64,000 nt of DNA, taken from assembly GCA_028690155.1 (NCBI GenBank), contig JAQVBU010000003.1, positions 24,438 through 88,437 of the forward strand. Direction: 5' to 3'. Within the stretch, counting starts at the first letter, position 1, and each line of letters begins with the position of its first letter. The translations under genes and the position numbers were made by a program. Positions 8,322 to 19,500 of this stretch are shown here, piece after piece. The stretch comes from Alphaproteobacteria bacterium. Lineage in GTDB: Bacteria > Pseudomonadota > Alphaproteobacteria > UBA9219. The notes under the pieces were generated by a model. That model ran no database searches, was not told where the DNA came from, and was given only the letters and a program-made list of their open reading frames with translations.

Positions 8322-9853
8322 AGGCGAACGATCAAATTGTTTCCATCCATCTCTTCGGGCTTTGGCATCTCCATCAACGAAAGCATCGTCGGCGCCACAT
8401 CCGCCAATTTCCCCGTGCGCAGAGAAAAAGCCTTGCCTGCGCCGAGCGCAATAAAGGGCACAGGGTTAACCGTATGCGCCGTATGAGGCCCCTTCGTCTC
8501 GGGATCAACCATGTTTTCGCAGTTGCCGTGATCGCCCACCACAAAGAGAAGACCGTGCCGTTTTTCCACCGCCTCGACAACACGCCCCAAACAGACATCC
8601 ACCGTCTCGACGGCCTTGATCGCCGCCGCCAAATCGCCCGTATGCCCAACCATGTCCGGATTGGCATAGTTCATCACGATAAGATCGAATCGGTTTGCCG
8701 CAATCGCCTTAACGGCTTTATCCGTAACCTCGACGGCCGACATCTCCGGCTTCAAATCATAGGTCGGCACTTTGGGCGACGGCACCAAAATGCGTTCTTC
8801 GCCTTTAAAGGGCTCCTCTCGACCTCCGTTGAAGAAAAACGTCACATGCGGATATTTTTCCGTCTCGGCAAGGCGAAGTTGCGTCAGCCCGGCGTTGGCC
8901 ACAACCTCGCCTAGGCTGTTGTCGATCCGTTTGGGCGGAAACAAGGCTGGCGCATAAGGCGTGATCGTCTCGGCGTATTCGACCATACCCGCCACGGCCG
9001 CAAGACGAAGAATGCGCGAACGCGCAAAGCCGTCGAACGCCGGGACGCACAGTGCCGTCAAAAGCTCGCGCGCACGGTCGGTTCGAAAATTGGCAAAAAC
9101 AACGCCATCCCCGTCGTTCATCCCGGCATACCCGCCGAGCACGACAGGCTTCACAAATTCATCCGATACCCCGGCGTCATAGCTGGCTTTGATGGCCTCG
9201 AGAGGATCGTTGAAGGGCTCGCCCTTGCCCGCAACCAAAAGATCGTACGCTTTTTCAACGCGCTCCCATCGCTTGTCTCGATCCATCGCATAATAACGAC
9301 CGCACAACGTCGCCAAACGCACGCCTTGAAACGACGCCAAGGCCTTAATCACCGGCTTTATGCTGTCCAAGGCGCTACGCGGCAAGACGTCCCGACCGTC
9401 CAAGAAAGCATGAAAAGCCACGGGCACGCCGGCCTCGGACAACACCTTGGCCAACGCGATCATATGGTTCTGGTGCGAATGGACGCCACCAGGCGAGGTT
9501 AATCCCATCAGATGGCACGTTCCTCGGCTTGCCTTCAGCGCCTCGATCAACGACCGCAACGTCGGATTGGCTTTAATCTCCCCACTTTCGACCGCACGGT
9601 CAATCTTGGGCAAGTCCTGCAACACGATGCGTCCGGCGCCCAAATTCATATGCCCGACCTCGGAATTGCCCATCTGTCCCTTGGGCAAACCAACATTCTC
9701 CTCGGAGGCTTGAAGAAGCGTATGAGGCGCCTCGGCCCACATCTTGTCGAATACGGGCGTCGAGGCAAGAGCCAGAGCGTTACTTTCCGTTTCGGCACGC
9801 ATACCCCAACCATCGAGAATGCACAAAACAACAGGTCGAGGACGATGGACCAT
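8318..9853 (-). CDS. gpmI: 2,3-bisphosphoglycerate-independent phosphoglycerate mutase
   Basis: A 511-aa product with LCILDGWG, NSEVGHMNLGAGR and GDHGNCE motifs. It overlaps the downstream envC-like gene by 4 nt. Confidence 0.9.
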   Translation of the reverse strand: MVHRPRPVVLCILDGWGMRAETESNALALASTPVFDKMWAEAPHTLLQASEENVGLPKGQMGNSEVGHMNLGAGRIVLQDLPKIDRAVESGEIKANPTLRSLIEALKASRGTCHLMGLTSPGGVHSHQNHMIALAKVLSEAGVPVAFHAFLDGRDVLPRSALDSIKPVIKALASFQGVRLATLCGRYYAMDRDKRWERVEKAYDLLVAGKGEPFNDPLEAIKASYDAGVSDEFVKPVVLGGYAGMNDGDGVVFANFRTDRARELLTALCVPAFDGFARSRILRLAAVAGMVEYAETITPYAPALFPPKRIDNSLGEVVANAGLTQLRLAETEKYPHVTFFFNGGREEPFKGEERILVPSPKVPTYDLKPEMSAVEVTDKAVKAIAANRFDLIVMNYANPDMVGHTGDLAAAIKAVETVDVCLGRVVEAVEKRHGLLFVVGDHGNCENMVDPETKGPHTAHTVNPVPFIALGAGKAFSLRTGKLADVAPTMLSLMEMPKPEEMDGNNLIVRL

Positions 9854-9940
9854 AAAGCACCCCTCAATACACCGAGAATCCTTGGAAAATTGCTTCTTTG
9901 GTTGTAGAGAACTAAGCTCGAAACCTCAATAATTATATGT

Positions 9941-10708
9941 TTGGACTTCACCATGGCCGGCGCAAATCCTGAATCCCGATGGTTTGGTTTCCGTCCTGTC
10001 GACGAAAGCGAAAAAACGAACCTCGTGCGCGGCGTTTTTTCCTCTGTCGCAAGCCGTTATGACTTAATGAACGATCTGATGTCCTGTGGGTTGCATCGCC
10101 TGTGGAAAGATCTTTTCGTGCGGCGGATGAACCCGAAAAAAGGGCAGTCTTTTCTGGACGTGGCGGGCGGAACGGGCGACATCGCCCAACGGATCTACCG
10201 GAAAACAAAAGGCAAAGCCAACATCACCGTGTGCGACATCAATCCCGCCATGCTGGAGCAAGGCAAAGCCAAGGCGCTGGATCATGGCATTGTTAACGGC
10301 ATCGACTGGGTCGAGGGCAACGCCGAAGCCCTGCCCTTTGCCGACCGCACCATGGACCGCTATTCCATCGTGTTCGGCCTGCGCAACGTCACGCACATCG
10401 ATACGGCTTTGCGCGACGCCTATCGGGTTCTGAAACCCGGCGGCAAGTTTTTTTGCATGGAGTTTTCATCGGGAACGAGCCCTCTTCTTAAACCGTTCTA
10501 TGAAGCTTATTGCTTGAATATTATGCCTTTTTTAGGTGACCTTGTTGCCCAAGACCGCGAGGCCTATCAGTATCTGGCTGAAAGCATCATCCGTTTCCCC
10601 GACCAGAAAACACTGGCCAACCGCATGGAAAAGGCCGGATTCTCAACCATTGCCTGGACGGATCTTATGGGCGGAGTCGCCGTGATTCACGAGGGTTTTC
10701 GCCTTTAA
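9941..10708 (+). CDS. ubiE: Ubiquinone/menaquinone biosynthesis C-methyltransferase UbiE
   Basis: LMNDLMS...HRLWK and the SAM motif DVAGGTGD. Confidence 0.85.
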   Translation: MDFTMAGANPESRWFGFRPVDESEKTNLVRGVFSSVASRYDLMNDLMSCGLHRLWKDLFVRRMNPKKGQSFLDVAGGTGDIAQRIYRKTKGKANITVCDINPAMLEQGKAKALDHGIVNGIDWVEGNAEALPFADRTMDRYSIVFGLRNVTHIDTALRDAYRVLKPGGKFFCMEFSSGTSPLLKPFYEAYCLNIMPFLGDLVAQDREAYQYLAESIIRFPDQKTLANRMEKAGFSTIAWTDLMGGVAVIHEGFRL

Positions 10709-10982
10709 AAACCTGATTGATAAGTGCTTTTGCAAAAAGACCCCTTGATGCGGTCATGAGCGGTTGCGTGGAGCGTTTTTCAGAAAAATCATATATTTCA
10801 ATACGATAAAAGCACAGCGCAGAGCGAATGATGTCTGCGTGCGTCGCAAGGCTCACTGATCGTTGTTTTACATCCATGAAAGCCTTGATTTTCCGGCCCC
10901 GGAGGGGTATCAACCCCTCCTTCGCGCGCCGTTGGCCCTTGGACATGCCCGGCCGCATTGAACGCTAACAAAGGAAAAGAAA

Positions 10983-11183
10983 ATGCCCAAAATCAAGACC
11001 CACAGCGGGTCCAAAAAGCGTTTCCGCGTCACAGGCTCCGGCCATGTCAAAGCGGGCGCGTCCCATCGCAAACATTTTATGCGTCGTCGTTCCCAGAACA
11101 TGAAGCGCACCGCACGTCAGGGCTTGATCCTCTTCAAGACGGACGGCGCGAACATCATCAAGTTCTTCCTGCCCAACAGCTAA
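10983..11183 (+). CDS. rpmI: 50S ribosomal protein L35
   Basis: MPKIKTHSGSKKRF... Confidence 0.95.
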   Translation: MPKIKTHSGSKKRFRVTGSGHVKAGASHRKHFMRRRSQNMKRTARQGLILFKTDGANIIKFFLPNS

Positions 11184-11216
11184 GCGACACTATTTTCTAG
11201 AAAAGGAACGCATAAT

Positions 11217-11579
11217 ATGGCTCGAGTTAAACGTGGGGTGACGACACATTCCCGTCACAAAGAATTGGTCAAGCTTGGTTCCGGCTTTCGCGGCCGCGCC
11301 AGCACGAATTTCCGGATCGCCATTCAAAAGGTTGAAAAGGCGCTGCGTTACGCTTACCGCGACCGCCGTGCCAAAAAGCGCGACATGCGCGCGTTGTGGA
11401 TCCAACGCATCAACGCAGGCGCCCGTGAATATGGCTTAACCTATGCCCGATTTATCAACGGCTTGAAGCTCGTGGGGATTGAGCTGGACCGCAAGTCCTT
11501 GTCCAATCTCGCCGCGAGCGAGCCCGAAGCCTTTAAGGCTTTGGTCGAGCAGGCGAAGGCCGCTTTGAACGCCAAATAA
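11217..11579 (+). CDS. rplT: 50S ribosomal protein L20
   Basis: [16 protein letters not shown]... Confidence 0.95.
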   Translation: MARVKRGVTTHSRHKELVKLGSGFRGRASTNFRIAIQKVEKALRYAYRDRRAKKRDMRALWIQRINAGAREYGLTYARFINGLKLVGIELDRKSLSNLAASEPEAFKALVEQAKAALNAK

Positions 11580-11602
11580 AACGCGATCAAAAAAGTCTTT
11601 CA

Positions 11603-11640
11603 AAACGCCGCTCGACACAAACGAGCGGCGTTTTTTCTTT
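11603..11640 (+). terminator. Rho-independent terminator after rplT
   Basis: AACGCCGCTCG-acacaa-CGAGCGGCGTT followed by TTTTTTCTTTT. Confidence 0.7.
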
Positions 11641-11724
11641 TCGGACACGAGCGGTTATGGTTATAAAAACATGGTGTTTTTTTATGAACATGCCGCTCCA
11701 GAGGCTTAAAGGATTAGACCGCTT

Positions 11725-12813
11725 ATGACCCCCGCACCCATGGCCGACGAAATCGGCACGCTTAAGACCTTTTTCTTGTCGGCGATCGCCTCAGCCACAA
11801 CCGAAGCCGAGCTTGAAGCCGTCCGCGTTTCAGCGCTCGGAAAAAAGGGAAGCATTACGGCCCTCACCCGTGCGCTGGGAACTCTGTCGCCCGAGGAACG
11901 CAAGACGCGCGGCGCCGAACTCAATACGCTGAAAAATGACATCTTGGCGGTGCTCGACAAGCAAAAGAAAATCCTAAGCGCCGCCGCCATGCAGGAGCGG
12001 CTCGTCAACGAGCGGCTCGACGTCACCCTGCCCATCCGCCCCGAAGCCGAAGGACGGGTTCATCCCACACCGCAAACCATCGAAGAAATCGTCACGATCT
12101 TCGCCTCCATGGGCTTTGCCGTAGCCAAGGGCCCGGATATCGAGACCGAATATTATAACTTCGAAGCGTTGAACATTCCCTCCTCGCATCCCGCGCGGGA
12201 TATGCAAGCCACGTTTTTCTTGCCTTCCGCCGAAAAAACCAACCAAACCGTCCTACGCACGCAAACCTCGCCGGTCCAAATCCGCACGATGTTGCACAAG
12301 AAGCCCCCCATTCGCATTATCGCCCCGGGCCGCACATACCGCTGCGACTATGACCAAACCCACACGCCGATGTTCCATCAGGTCGAGGGCTTGGTGATCG
12401 ACGAGAAAACCAACATGGGCCATCTGAAGGGCTGCGTCATGGATTTCCTGCGCGCCTTTTTCGGCATCGACGACCTGCCGGTCCGGTTCCGCCCGTCGTA
12501 CTTTCCCTTTACCGAACCGTCGGCCGAAGTCGATATCGGCTGTTCGCGCGCGGGCGGCGAGCTGAAGCTCGGCAACTATGGCGACTGGCTCGAAATCATG
12601 GGCTGCGGCATGGTGCATCCCAACGTGCTGAAAAACTGCGGCCTCGATCCCGAAAAGCATCAAGGCTTCGCCTTCGGGATGGGCATCGAACGCTTGGCCA
12701 TGCTGAAGTACGGCATTCCCGATCTGCGCACCTTCTTCGACGCCGATATGCGTTGGCTGAGACATTACGGCTTTATGCCCTTCGACATTCCCAACCCGGC
12801 GCTGAGAGGGTAG
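11725..12813 (+). CDS. pheS: Phenylalanine--tRNA ligase alpha subunit
   Basis: A 362-aa product with class II aaRS motifs (FRPSYFPFTEPS, GFAFGMGIERLAM). Confidence 0.95.
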   Translation: MTPAPMADEIGTLKTFFLSAIASATTEAELEAVRVSALGKKGSITALTRALGTLSPEERKTRGAELNTLKNDILAVLDKQKKILSAAAMQERLVNERLDVTLPIRPEAEGRVHPTPQTIEEIVTIFASMGFAVAKGPDIETEYYNFEALNIPSSHPARDMQATFFLPSAEKTNQTVLRTQTSPVQIRTMLHKKPPIRIIAPGRTYRCDYDQTHTPMFHQVEGLVIDEKTNMGHLKGCVMDFLRAFFGIDDLPVRFRPSYFPFTEPSAEVDIGCSRAGGELKLGNYGDWLEIMGCGMVHPNVLKNCGLDPEKHQGFAFGMGIERLAMLKYGIPDLRTFFDADMRWLRHYGFMPFDIPNPALRG

Positions 12814-12817
12814 CCCT

Positions 12818-13258
12818 ATGTCTCTTCCCTGGCTTCTTGCCGCCTCCTTGACCGTGGTCGGCATCACCATTTACAGCATCGGGATGAAGCTGGGCTCGGC
12901 ACAGGCGCATCCTTTCGGGTTTGTTCTTTCTTTGAACGTTGTCATCATTTCTTTGATGAGCCTTGCGTGTTTGGTGACGCGGTTTGTTTTTAAGGTCGAC
13001 GTACTTCAGGGCCTTAACATCGGCACGCTGCGTTATGCCGCTTTGTGCGGCATTGGGGCGGCCTTGATCGACACCGCATACTTTTTGGCTTTGCGTTACG
13101 GCGCCTTGATCCCGACCCAGCTTGTTTACACAATCGGAGGAACGCTCGCCGTGGGCACGGTAGCCGTTCTTTGTTTTGGCGAAGGTCTGACAACATCCAA
13201 AGCCCTTGGTATCATTCTGGGTATTGCTTCGCTTATTCTCATCACAAGACCCGCTTGA
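12818..13258 (+). CDS. Small four-helix membrane protein (EamA/DMT-like half transporter) inserted between pheS and pheT
   Basis: A 146-aa ORF made entirely of about four hydrophobic helices. It is tightly packed between pheS (ends 12813) and pheT (starts 13275). Confidence 0.5.
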   Translation: MSLPWLLAASLTVVGITIYSIGMKLGSAQAHPFGFVLSLNVVIISLMSLACLVTRFVFKVDVLQGLNIGTLRYAALCGIGAALIDTAYFLALRYGALIPTQLVYTIGGTLAVGTVAVLCFGEGLTTSKALGIILGIASLILITRPA

Positions 13259-13274
13259 TAGGACGTAAGACACC

Positions 13275-15677
13275 ATGAAATTCCCTCTTTCCTGGCTGAA
13301 ACAGCATCTCGATACCGACGCATCGTTGGACGTTCTTTGCGACACCTTGACCGCCATCGGCCTCGAAGTCGAAAACGTCGAAGCCCCGGGCAAAAAACTG
13401 GCTCCTTTTATCGTCGCGCAGATCAAGGAAGCGGTCGACCATCCCGATTCCGATCATTTGCATGTGTGCAAAGTCGATACGGGTTCGGAAATCCTCCAAG
13501 TCGTATGCGGCGCACCCAACGCGCGGGCAGGCCTTAAGGTCGTTCTGGCGCGCCCGGGCGACGTGATGCCGGATACCGGAAAAGCGTTGAAGGCGGGCAA
13601 AATACGTGGTGTCGAATCGTGCGGTATGATGTGCGCGGTTGACGAGCTGGGCATCGGCGACGAACACGAAGGCATCATCGAGCTTGGCGAAGACGCCCCC
13701 GTGGGCGGCAGCTTTGCCGCGTACGCCGGCTATGACGATCCGGTGATCGAGATCAACCTGACCCCGAACCGTCCCGACTGCGCCGGTGTTTTTGGCATCG
13801 CGCGCGATTTGGCGGCCGCCGGGTTGGGCACGCTGAAAAAACTCGACGTGACGCCCGTCAAAGGCACCGAGCCTTGCGGCATCAAGATCTCGTTGGATCT
13901 TCCGGATAATAACAAAGCCTGCCCCCTGTTCGTGGGCCGCGTAATCCGCAACATCCAGAACGGTCCTTCGCCGGAGTGGCTCCAGAAAAAACTCCGCGCC
14001 GTGGGGCTGCGGCCCATTTCGGCGCTGGTGGATATCACCAACTATCTGACCATCGACTGCGCAAGGCCTCTGCACGTTTTCGACGCCGACAAAATCAAAG
14101 GCACGCTGTGGGTCGGCGAAGCCGAAGGCGGCGAAACGCTGGAGGCATTGAACGACAAAACCTACACCCTCGAAAAAGGCATGACCGTGATCGGCGACGA
14201 TACGGGCGTGTTGAGCCTTGCGGGCGTCGTGGGCGGCGTCGGCAGCGCGTGCGATGAAAAAACGACAAACGTCCTGATCGAAGCCGCGTATTTCGATCCC
14301 GTACGCACAGCCATAACGGGACGCACGCTTCAGATCCCCTCGGATGCCCGGTACCGTTTCGAGCGCGGCGTCGATCCTCTCTTCACACAACCCGGCGCCG
14401 AACTGGCCGCCAAGCTCGTCATCGAGCTATGCGGCACCGCCGATACGGTCGTAAGCGAACTTGAAGTCGTGGGCGCGGTCGCCCCACGCACCGCCCCCAT
14501 CGCGCTGGACCTCGGTAAATGCCTGAAACACACCGGCCTGGATGTTTCCGCCGACGAGCAGCGCGCGCTTCTCGAAAAGCTTGGCTTTACCGTCACCGCA
14601 CAGGAACAAAGCCTTTCCGTTCTGCCTCCGAGTTGGCGTCCCGATATCGATAACGACGCCGATCTTGTCGAGGAAATCGTACGGCTCAAAGGCTACGAAC
14701 ATCTTCCCGTCGTTTCGTTGCCCAACGCGGAGGTCGTGACAAGGCTGGCGCTGGACGAAGACGAACGGCGCGCGCATACGGCCCGGCGAGCCTTGGCGGG
14801 CCGCGGCTTGATGGAAGCGCTGACGTGGTCGTTCTTGTCCGCATCGGAAGCCGAAGCGTTCGGCGGTGTTAACGATGCGTTGCGTCTGACAAACCCCATC
14901 AGCGTCGAACTGTGCGTTATGCGTCCCTCGTTGCTCCCCAATTTGATGGCTGCCGCCAAGCGCAATCTCGATCGAGGCCTTGCAACGGTCCGCCTGTTCG
15001 AAGTCGGCCCAACTTTTCACGACACCATGGAAGACGGCCAAATCCCTGTAGCCAGCGCGTTGCGCGCGGGCGCCGCGCCGCGCCACTGGGCCGAGACGGC
15101 CCGCGCGCCGGACGCGTTCGACGCCAAAGCCGACGCCATGGCCGTGTTGGAAGCGTTGGGCGTCCCCGTCGGATCGCTTCAGGTCACGACGGACGCGCCG
15201 GCATGGTACCATCCGGGACGTTCCGGATGCTTGCGCCTTGGCCCCAACCTTCTGGCCGCTTTCGGCGAAATCCATCCGCAGTTGAGGGAAAATTTTTCAT
15301 CGACCGAGGTTGTCGTCGGCTGCGAAGTATTCTTGGCTAACATCCCCGCGACCCGCGCGAAAGGGACGGCGCGCCCGCTTTTGAAGCTTGAAACATTACA
15401 GCCCATCCGGCGCGACTTCGCCTTTGTGCTTGATCGTGCCGTCCCGGCCGACAAAGTTATCCGGGCCGCTTATGCGGCGGATAAGAAGCTGATCCGCGCG
15501 GTGGACATTTTTGACGTCTACGAAGGCGATAAAATCGACGAAGGGAAGAAATCTCTGGCGCTGAGCGTCACGATTCAGCCGCAGGACAAAACCCTGACCG
15601 ATACCGAAATTGACGCGCTGGCCGCCAAAATCGGGGAATCCGTCACCAAGGCGACGGGGGCCGTGTTAAGAAAATAA
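13275..15677 (+). CDS. pheT: Phenylalanine--tRNA ligase beta subunit
   Basis: An 800-aa product beginning MKFPLSWLKQHLDTDASLD, with tRNA-binding, B3/4 and B5 regions recognisable. Confidence 0.95.
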   Translation: MKFPLSWLKQHLDTDASLDVLCDTLTAIGLEVENVEAPGKKLAPFIVAQIKEAVDHPDSDHLHVCKVDTGSEILQVVCGAPNARAGLKVVLARPGDVMPDTGKALKAGKIRGVESCGMMCAVDELGIGDEHEGIIELGEDAPVGGSFAAYAGYDDPVIEINLTPNRPDCAGVFGIARDLAAAGLGTLKKLDVTPVKGTEPCGIKISLDLPDNNKACPLFVGRVIRNIQNGPSPEWLQKKLRAVGLRPISALVDITNYLTIDCARPLHVFDADKIKGTLWVGEAEGGETLEALNDKTYTLEKGMTVIGDDTGVLSLAGVVGGVGSACDEKTTNVLIEAAYFDPVRTAITGRTLQIPSDARYRFERGVDPLFTQPGAELAAKLVIELCGTADTVVSELEVVGAVAPRTAPIALDLGKCLKHTGLDVSADEQRALLEKLGFTVTAQEQSLSVLPPSWRPDIDNDADLVEEIVRLKGYEHLPVVSLPNAEVVTRLALDEDERRAHTARRALAGRGLMEALTWSFLSASEAEAFGGVNDALRLTNPISVELCVMRPSLLPNLMAAAKRNLDRGLATVRLFEVGPTFHDTMEDGQIPVASALRAGAAPRHWAETARAPDAFDAKADAMAVLEALGVPVGSLQVTTDAPAWYHPGRSGCLRLGPNLLAAFGEIHPQLRENFSSTEVVVGCEVFLANIPATRAKGTARPLLKLETLQPIRRDFAFVLDRAVPADKVIRAAYAADKKLIRAVDIFDVYEGDKIDEGKKSLALSVTIQPQDKTLTDTEIDALAAKIGESVTKATGAVLRK

Positions 15678-15794
15678 ACAAAATCAGGGAGATAACGCCT
15701 TTTTGCCCATGAAACTATTGGCGTTACCGGGCATTATGACCTATTCTTCTCTTGTGTTTTTGGCTGTTTTTCAACTTTTGCATTCATTGAGGCA

Positions 15795-16196
15795 ATGACT
15801 ATGGGCTTTCTCTTAAAAACGACTTCATCCGAAGCAAAATTCAGGCTTATCGCGAGAAAACCCGACGGGAAAGAGCTCCCCCATCCCCTTTTCTTTGACG
15901 GCAAAGAAATTCTGGATCCTCAAGATCCCGATGGTGCCGCCCTTATCACGAATTGCCTTTCGATTCCGGGAAATCCCAATTACCGTTTCTTCGGGGAAAT
16001 GGCTTTAAATAGACCTAGGCAGGAACTTCTCGAAGCGTTGCTGACCGTTCTTCCGGATGAGCACCGCCTCGAGTTGACAGACAAAACCAACGTTTGTGCC
16101 CAACTGATCGTCACGACTCTTAACCGTCCGGACATGTGCGGCCGCCTTCGCCGTAAATCGTCGCCCCCTCGTCTGGAAACCGCAACGCCGCGCTAG
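15795..16196 (+). CDS. Hypothetical protein (133 aa)
   Basis: An ORF with a GAGG RBS. No recognisable motif. Confidence 0.3.
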   Translation: MTMGFLLKTTSSEAKFRLIARKPDGKELPHPLFFDGKEILDPQDPDGAALITNCLSIPGNPNYRFFGEMALNRPRQELLEALLTVLPDEHRLELTDKTNVCAQLIVTTLNRPDMCGRLRRKSSPPRLETATPR

Positions 16197-16243
16197 AACC
16201 TTTTCCGGAAAGGTTGGCCCTTTTTGCGCGGACGGAAAAGGCT

Positions 16244-18061
16244 CTAGTCCATTCGGTCAAGCTTGGCCATACGCTTACGCGTGTTGGGGTCCAGATAGCG
16301 CTTGCGCAAACGAACCGACTTGGGCGTCACTTCAACCAATTCGTCGTCCGCGATGTAAGCAATGGCCTTTTCAAGCGGCAAAATCATCGGCGGCGTTAGA
16401 CGCACGGCTTCGTCTTTCGACGTCGTGCGAATATTTGTCAGCTTCTTGCCTTCCAAAACGTTCACTTCCAGATCATTCGACTTGGCGTGTTCGCCCACGA
16501 TCATCCCGCCATAGACCTTGGTTCCCGGGGTAATCATCATGGGGCCGCGTTCTTCCAGCTTCCACATGGCGTAGGGCACCGCATCGCCTTGGCCCAGCGA
16601 AATCATCACGCCCGTCCGACGCGACGCAATCGGGCCCTTATAGGGGGCATAGCTGTGGAACAGCCGGTTCATAATGCCGGTGCCGCGCGTGTCCGATAAG
16701 AACTCGCCGTAATACCCGATCAACCCGCGCGAGGGCGCCAAGAACGTCAAACGAACCTTGCCGCCGCCGGAGGGGCGCATGTCCGTCATTTCGGCCTTAC
16801 GCTCGGACATTTTATTGACCACCGTGCCCGAATACGCTTCGTCAACGTCGATCAAAACTTCTTCGATCGGTTCCTGACGTTGGCCATCGATCGTTTTAAA
16901 CAACACGCGCGGACGGCTGATGGACATCTCAAAGCCTTCGCGGCGCATGGTTTCGATCAGGATGCCCAACTGAAGTTCGCCTCGACCCGAAACCTCAAAC
17001 GCGTCCTTGTCCTCCGACTCTTTCACGCGAATAGCCACGTTGCCTTCCACCTCACGCATCAAGCGTTCGTGGATCGTGCGGCCCGTTACCTTGTCGCCCT
17101 CGGTGCCCGCCAACGGCGAGTCGTTCACCGAAAACGTCATGCTGATCGTGGGCGGATCAATGGGGCGCGCGTGCATCGGCTCGACAACAGCAGGATCGCA
17201 CAGCGTGTCGGCCACCGTCGCCTTGGAAAGCCCGGCAATCGCCACAATATCGCCTGCCTGAGCCTCGTCCACCGGCGTGCGCTCCAGCCCGCGGAAGGCC
17301 AGAATCTTGCTCACACGGCCTTGCTCGATCAGCGTGCCGTCATGCCGCAGCGCTTTAATCGCCATGTTCGTCTTGACCACGCCGCTTTCGATGCGGCCCG
17401 TCAGCAATCGGCCTAAATACGGATTGGCTTCAAGAATCGTCACCAAAAGCTTGAAGGGCGCGCCAACGTCAACCTTAGGTTCCGGCACGTGGTGCAAAAT
17501 CAAATCAAACAGAGGCTTCAGATCCTTCGGCTCATCGCCCATCTTTTCGACGGCCCAGCCGTTGCGGCCCGACGCAAAAAGCACCGGGAAATCCAGCTGC
17601 TCCTCCGTCGCGTCCAACGCGGCGAACAAGTCGAACACTTCGTCATGAACTTGGTGCGGGCGCGCATCCGAACGGTCGATCTTGTTGATCACCACCATCG
17701 GGCGCAAACCAATCGCAAGAGCCTTGGACACGACGAACTTCGTTTGCGGCAACGGACCTTCCGCCGAATCGACCAAAAGCACCACACCGTCCACCATGGA
17801 CAAAATACGTTCGACCTCGCCGCCAAAATCCGCATGCCCCGGCGTATCGACGATGTTGATCCGCACATTATCGTACACCACAGAGGTGCACTTGGCCAAA
17901 ATGGTTATCCCGCGTTCGCGTTCAAGGTCGTTGCTATCCATCGCTCGTTCGGCCACCTGTTGGTTGGCGCGAAACGTCCCGGATTGACGCAACATTTGAT
18001 CAACCAGCGTCGTTTTTCCATGGTCGACGTGAGCGATAATCGCAATATTTCTTAACTTCAT
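16244..18061 (-). CDS. typA: Translational GTPase TypA/BipA
   Basis: [21 protein letters not shown]... with G-domain motifs. The likely start is the ATG at 18061. The track ORF extends to 18100. Confidence 0.9.
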   Translation of the reverse strand: MKLRNIAIIAHVDHGKTTLVDQMLRQSGTFRANQQVAERAMDSNDLERERGITILAKCTSVVYDNVRINIVDTPGHADFGGEVERILSMVDGVVLLVDSAEGPLPQTKFVVSKALAIGLRPMVVINKIDRSDARPHQVHDEVFDLFAALDATEEQLDFPVLFASGRNGWAVEKMGDEPKDLKPLFDLILHHVPEPKVDVGAPFKLLVTILEANPYLGRLLTGRIESGVVKTNMAIKALRHDGTLIEQGRVSKILAFRGLERTPVDEAQAGDIVAIAGLSKATVADTLCDPAVVEPMHARPIDPPTISMTFSVNDSPLAGTEGDKVTGRTIHERLMREVEGNVAIRVKESEDKDAFEVSGRGELQLGILIETMRREGFEMSISRPRVLFKTIDGQRQEPIEEVLIDVDEAYSGTVVNKMSERKAEMTDMRPSGGGKVRLTFLAPSRGLIGYYGEFLSDTRGTGIMNRLFHSYAPYKGPIASRRTGVMISLGQGDAVPYAMWKLEERGPMMITPGTKVYGGMIVGEHAKSNDLEVNVLEGKKLTNIRTTSKDEAVRLTPPMILPLEKAIAYIADDELVEVTPKSVRLRKRYLDPNTRKRMAKLDRMD

Positions 18062-18215
18062 CTTATCAACTTCTTTTTGGGATTTTCGGCGCGGCTTCAA
18101 GCCGGCGCGCTTCTGCGTGCGCAGGGTTAATCGGTCAAAAGGCTTTCGTCAATCACTATTGGCAAAATTGGGAAAAAAGGTCTTATTTTTACCCTTTTAG
18201 CCTCAAAAAGGCCCC

Positions 18216-19364
18216 TTAGAGATTGGATGCAATCTCTTGAACGAAAGATTTTTCACCCTCCTTTTCGACAAAATAAGACGGATCAGCCTTCCATGTACGC
18301 AAAAGATCCTTCGCAATTTCAGCCGTCATGCGATCAAAGGTCGTCAAGGCGTATTCCATTTCGCGAGGATGAACGATCTGGTCACCTGGACGACCGCCCC
18401 GAGACAATAAGAACAGCGACACAAAATTTATTTTGTCCACGCCAATCGCCCGGCATACCGCCGCAAGCCCACGTCCGCCAACGCCCGCCATGATCGCATC
18501 GACAAGCGTCAAGGGCAGCCCAGCCAACCGGCCAAGAAGGATATTAAACAAGCGATAGTGCCCCATGCGCAAAACCTGGGGTAAAACCTGAAGAGTCAAC
18601 GCGCCATGAGCTTCGATCCAGTTTGCGACCTGAATCATGATCTTGTCGTTGCCTTTCTCCTGCGCGTGATCGTCCAAAAAGGCCCCGATAGTCTTCGACA
18701 AAGCGCGATCGATCTGCCCCGACGTTATGCCAAAGCGGCTGAGGGTATAGCGCCGGAGATCTTCTTCAAGCCACCAATAAAGCTTAAGCACTACATCAAC
18801 CGTCGCCTCATTGCGCGACAAAAGCGGCTTGCGCAACACTTGGCTATGCCGGGCCGCGTCCGACACGACACGCAAGGCCAAGGGGCTCAGCTCCGCGCCC
18901 AGATTTTCAACAACCACCTGCATCACGCCAACATCCCCCGTTGTCACAAGAGCGTCGGCGACAACCTCACTGATTCTTTCGCGCTGGGCAATTGCCGTCG
19001 CATGAGCAATTCCCTTGTCCTCGATCACCCGGATCAAATCCGCATCGCTCAGACACGTCGCCGTTATAAGGACGGGCCGCGCAATCATAAGATCGTCTTG
19101 GGCCAACGCCGCGGCAATCCCGCGCGGCATCTTGGTCATATCTGAAAATTTTTTGGCTAGTTGCTCTTTAACCTGAGGGGAGGCGTTAAAAACGAGCAGG
19201 TTAATCAAATCGTTAAGCTGCTCTTCCTCCCGCAGCGTCAGAGGCGCTTCTTCATAGAGAAAAACATCGGCCAACATTCCGGCCAATTGCAAGCGCGAGA
19301 CTTCGCTGTGCTCGTGCGCCAAAGCGATCATCGTCGGTAAGGCATCCTTTATGAAACGCGCCAT
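18216..19364 (-). CDS. DUF2336-family protein (conserved alphaproteobacterial protein of unknown function)
   Basis: A 382-aa helical repeat protein. I recognise the pattern as DUF2336-like by memory only. Confidence 0.45.
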   Translation of the reverse strand: MARFIKDALPTMIALAHEHSEVSRLQLAGMLADVFLYEEAPLTLREEEQLNDLINLLVFNASPQVKEQLAKKFSDMTKMPRGIAAALAQDDLMIARPVLITATCLSDADLIRVIEDKGIAHATAIAQRERISEVVADALVTTGDVGVMQVVVENLGAELSPLALRVVSDAARHSQVLRKPLLSRNEATVDVVLKLYWWLEEDLRRYTLSRFGITSGQIDRALSKTIGAFLDDHAQEKGNDKIMIQVANWIEAHGALTLQVLPQVLRMGHYRLFNILLGRLAGLPLTLVDAIMAGVGGRGLAAVCRAIGVDKINFVSLFLLSRGGRPGDQIVHPREMEYALTTFDRMTAEIAKDLLRTWKADPSYFVEKEGEKSFVQEIASNL

Positions 19365-19500
19365 AGCAGCCCTATTCCTTTCCTATGCCGTTCTATGCCG
19401 GAAAAAGCCGATTAAGAGAAATTTGTTGCACGAAAAGATTAAATGTTTATTTATTACGGATGTGTAATGGTTGCTCTATGTTCTCCATGGTGAAGGATTT

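Noticed and set aside
12253..15275. Long antisense ORFs opposite pheS/pheT (12253..12870 -, 12773..13426 -, 13242..14390 -, 14427..15275 -)
   Set aside because: They lie entirely inside unambiguous aminoacyl-tRNA synthetase genes on the other strand. They are arginine/alanine-rich GC-artefact translations.
16880..18055. Plus-strand ORFs 16880..17416 and 17489..18055 inside typA
   Set aside because: They are antisense to typA/bipA, whose G-domain motifs are unmistakable. No independent support.
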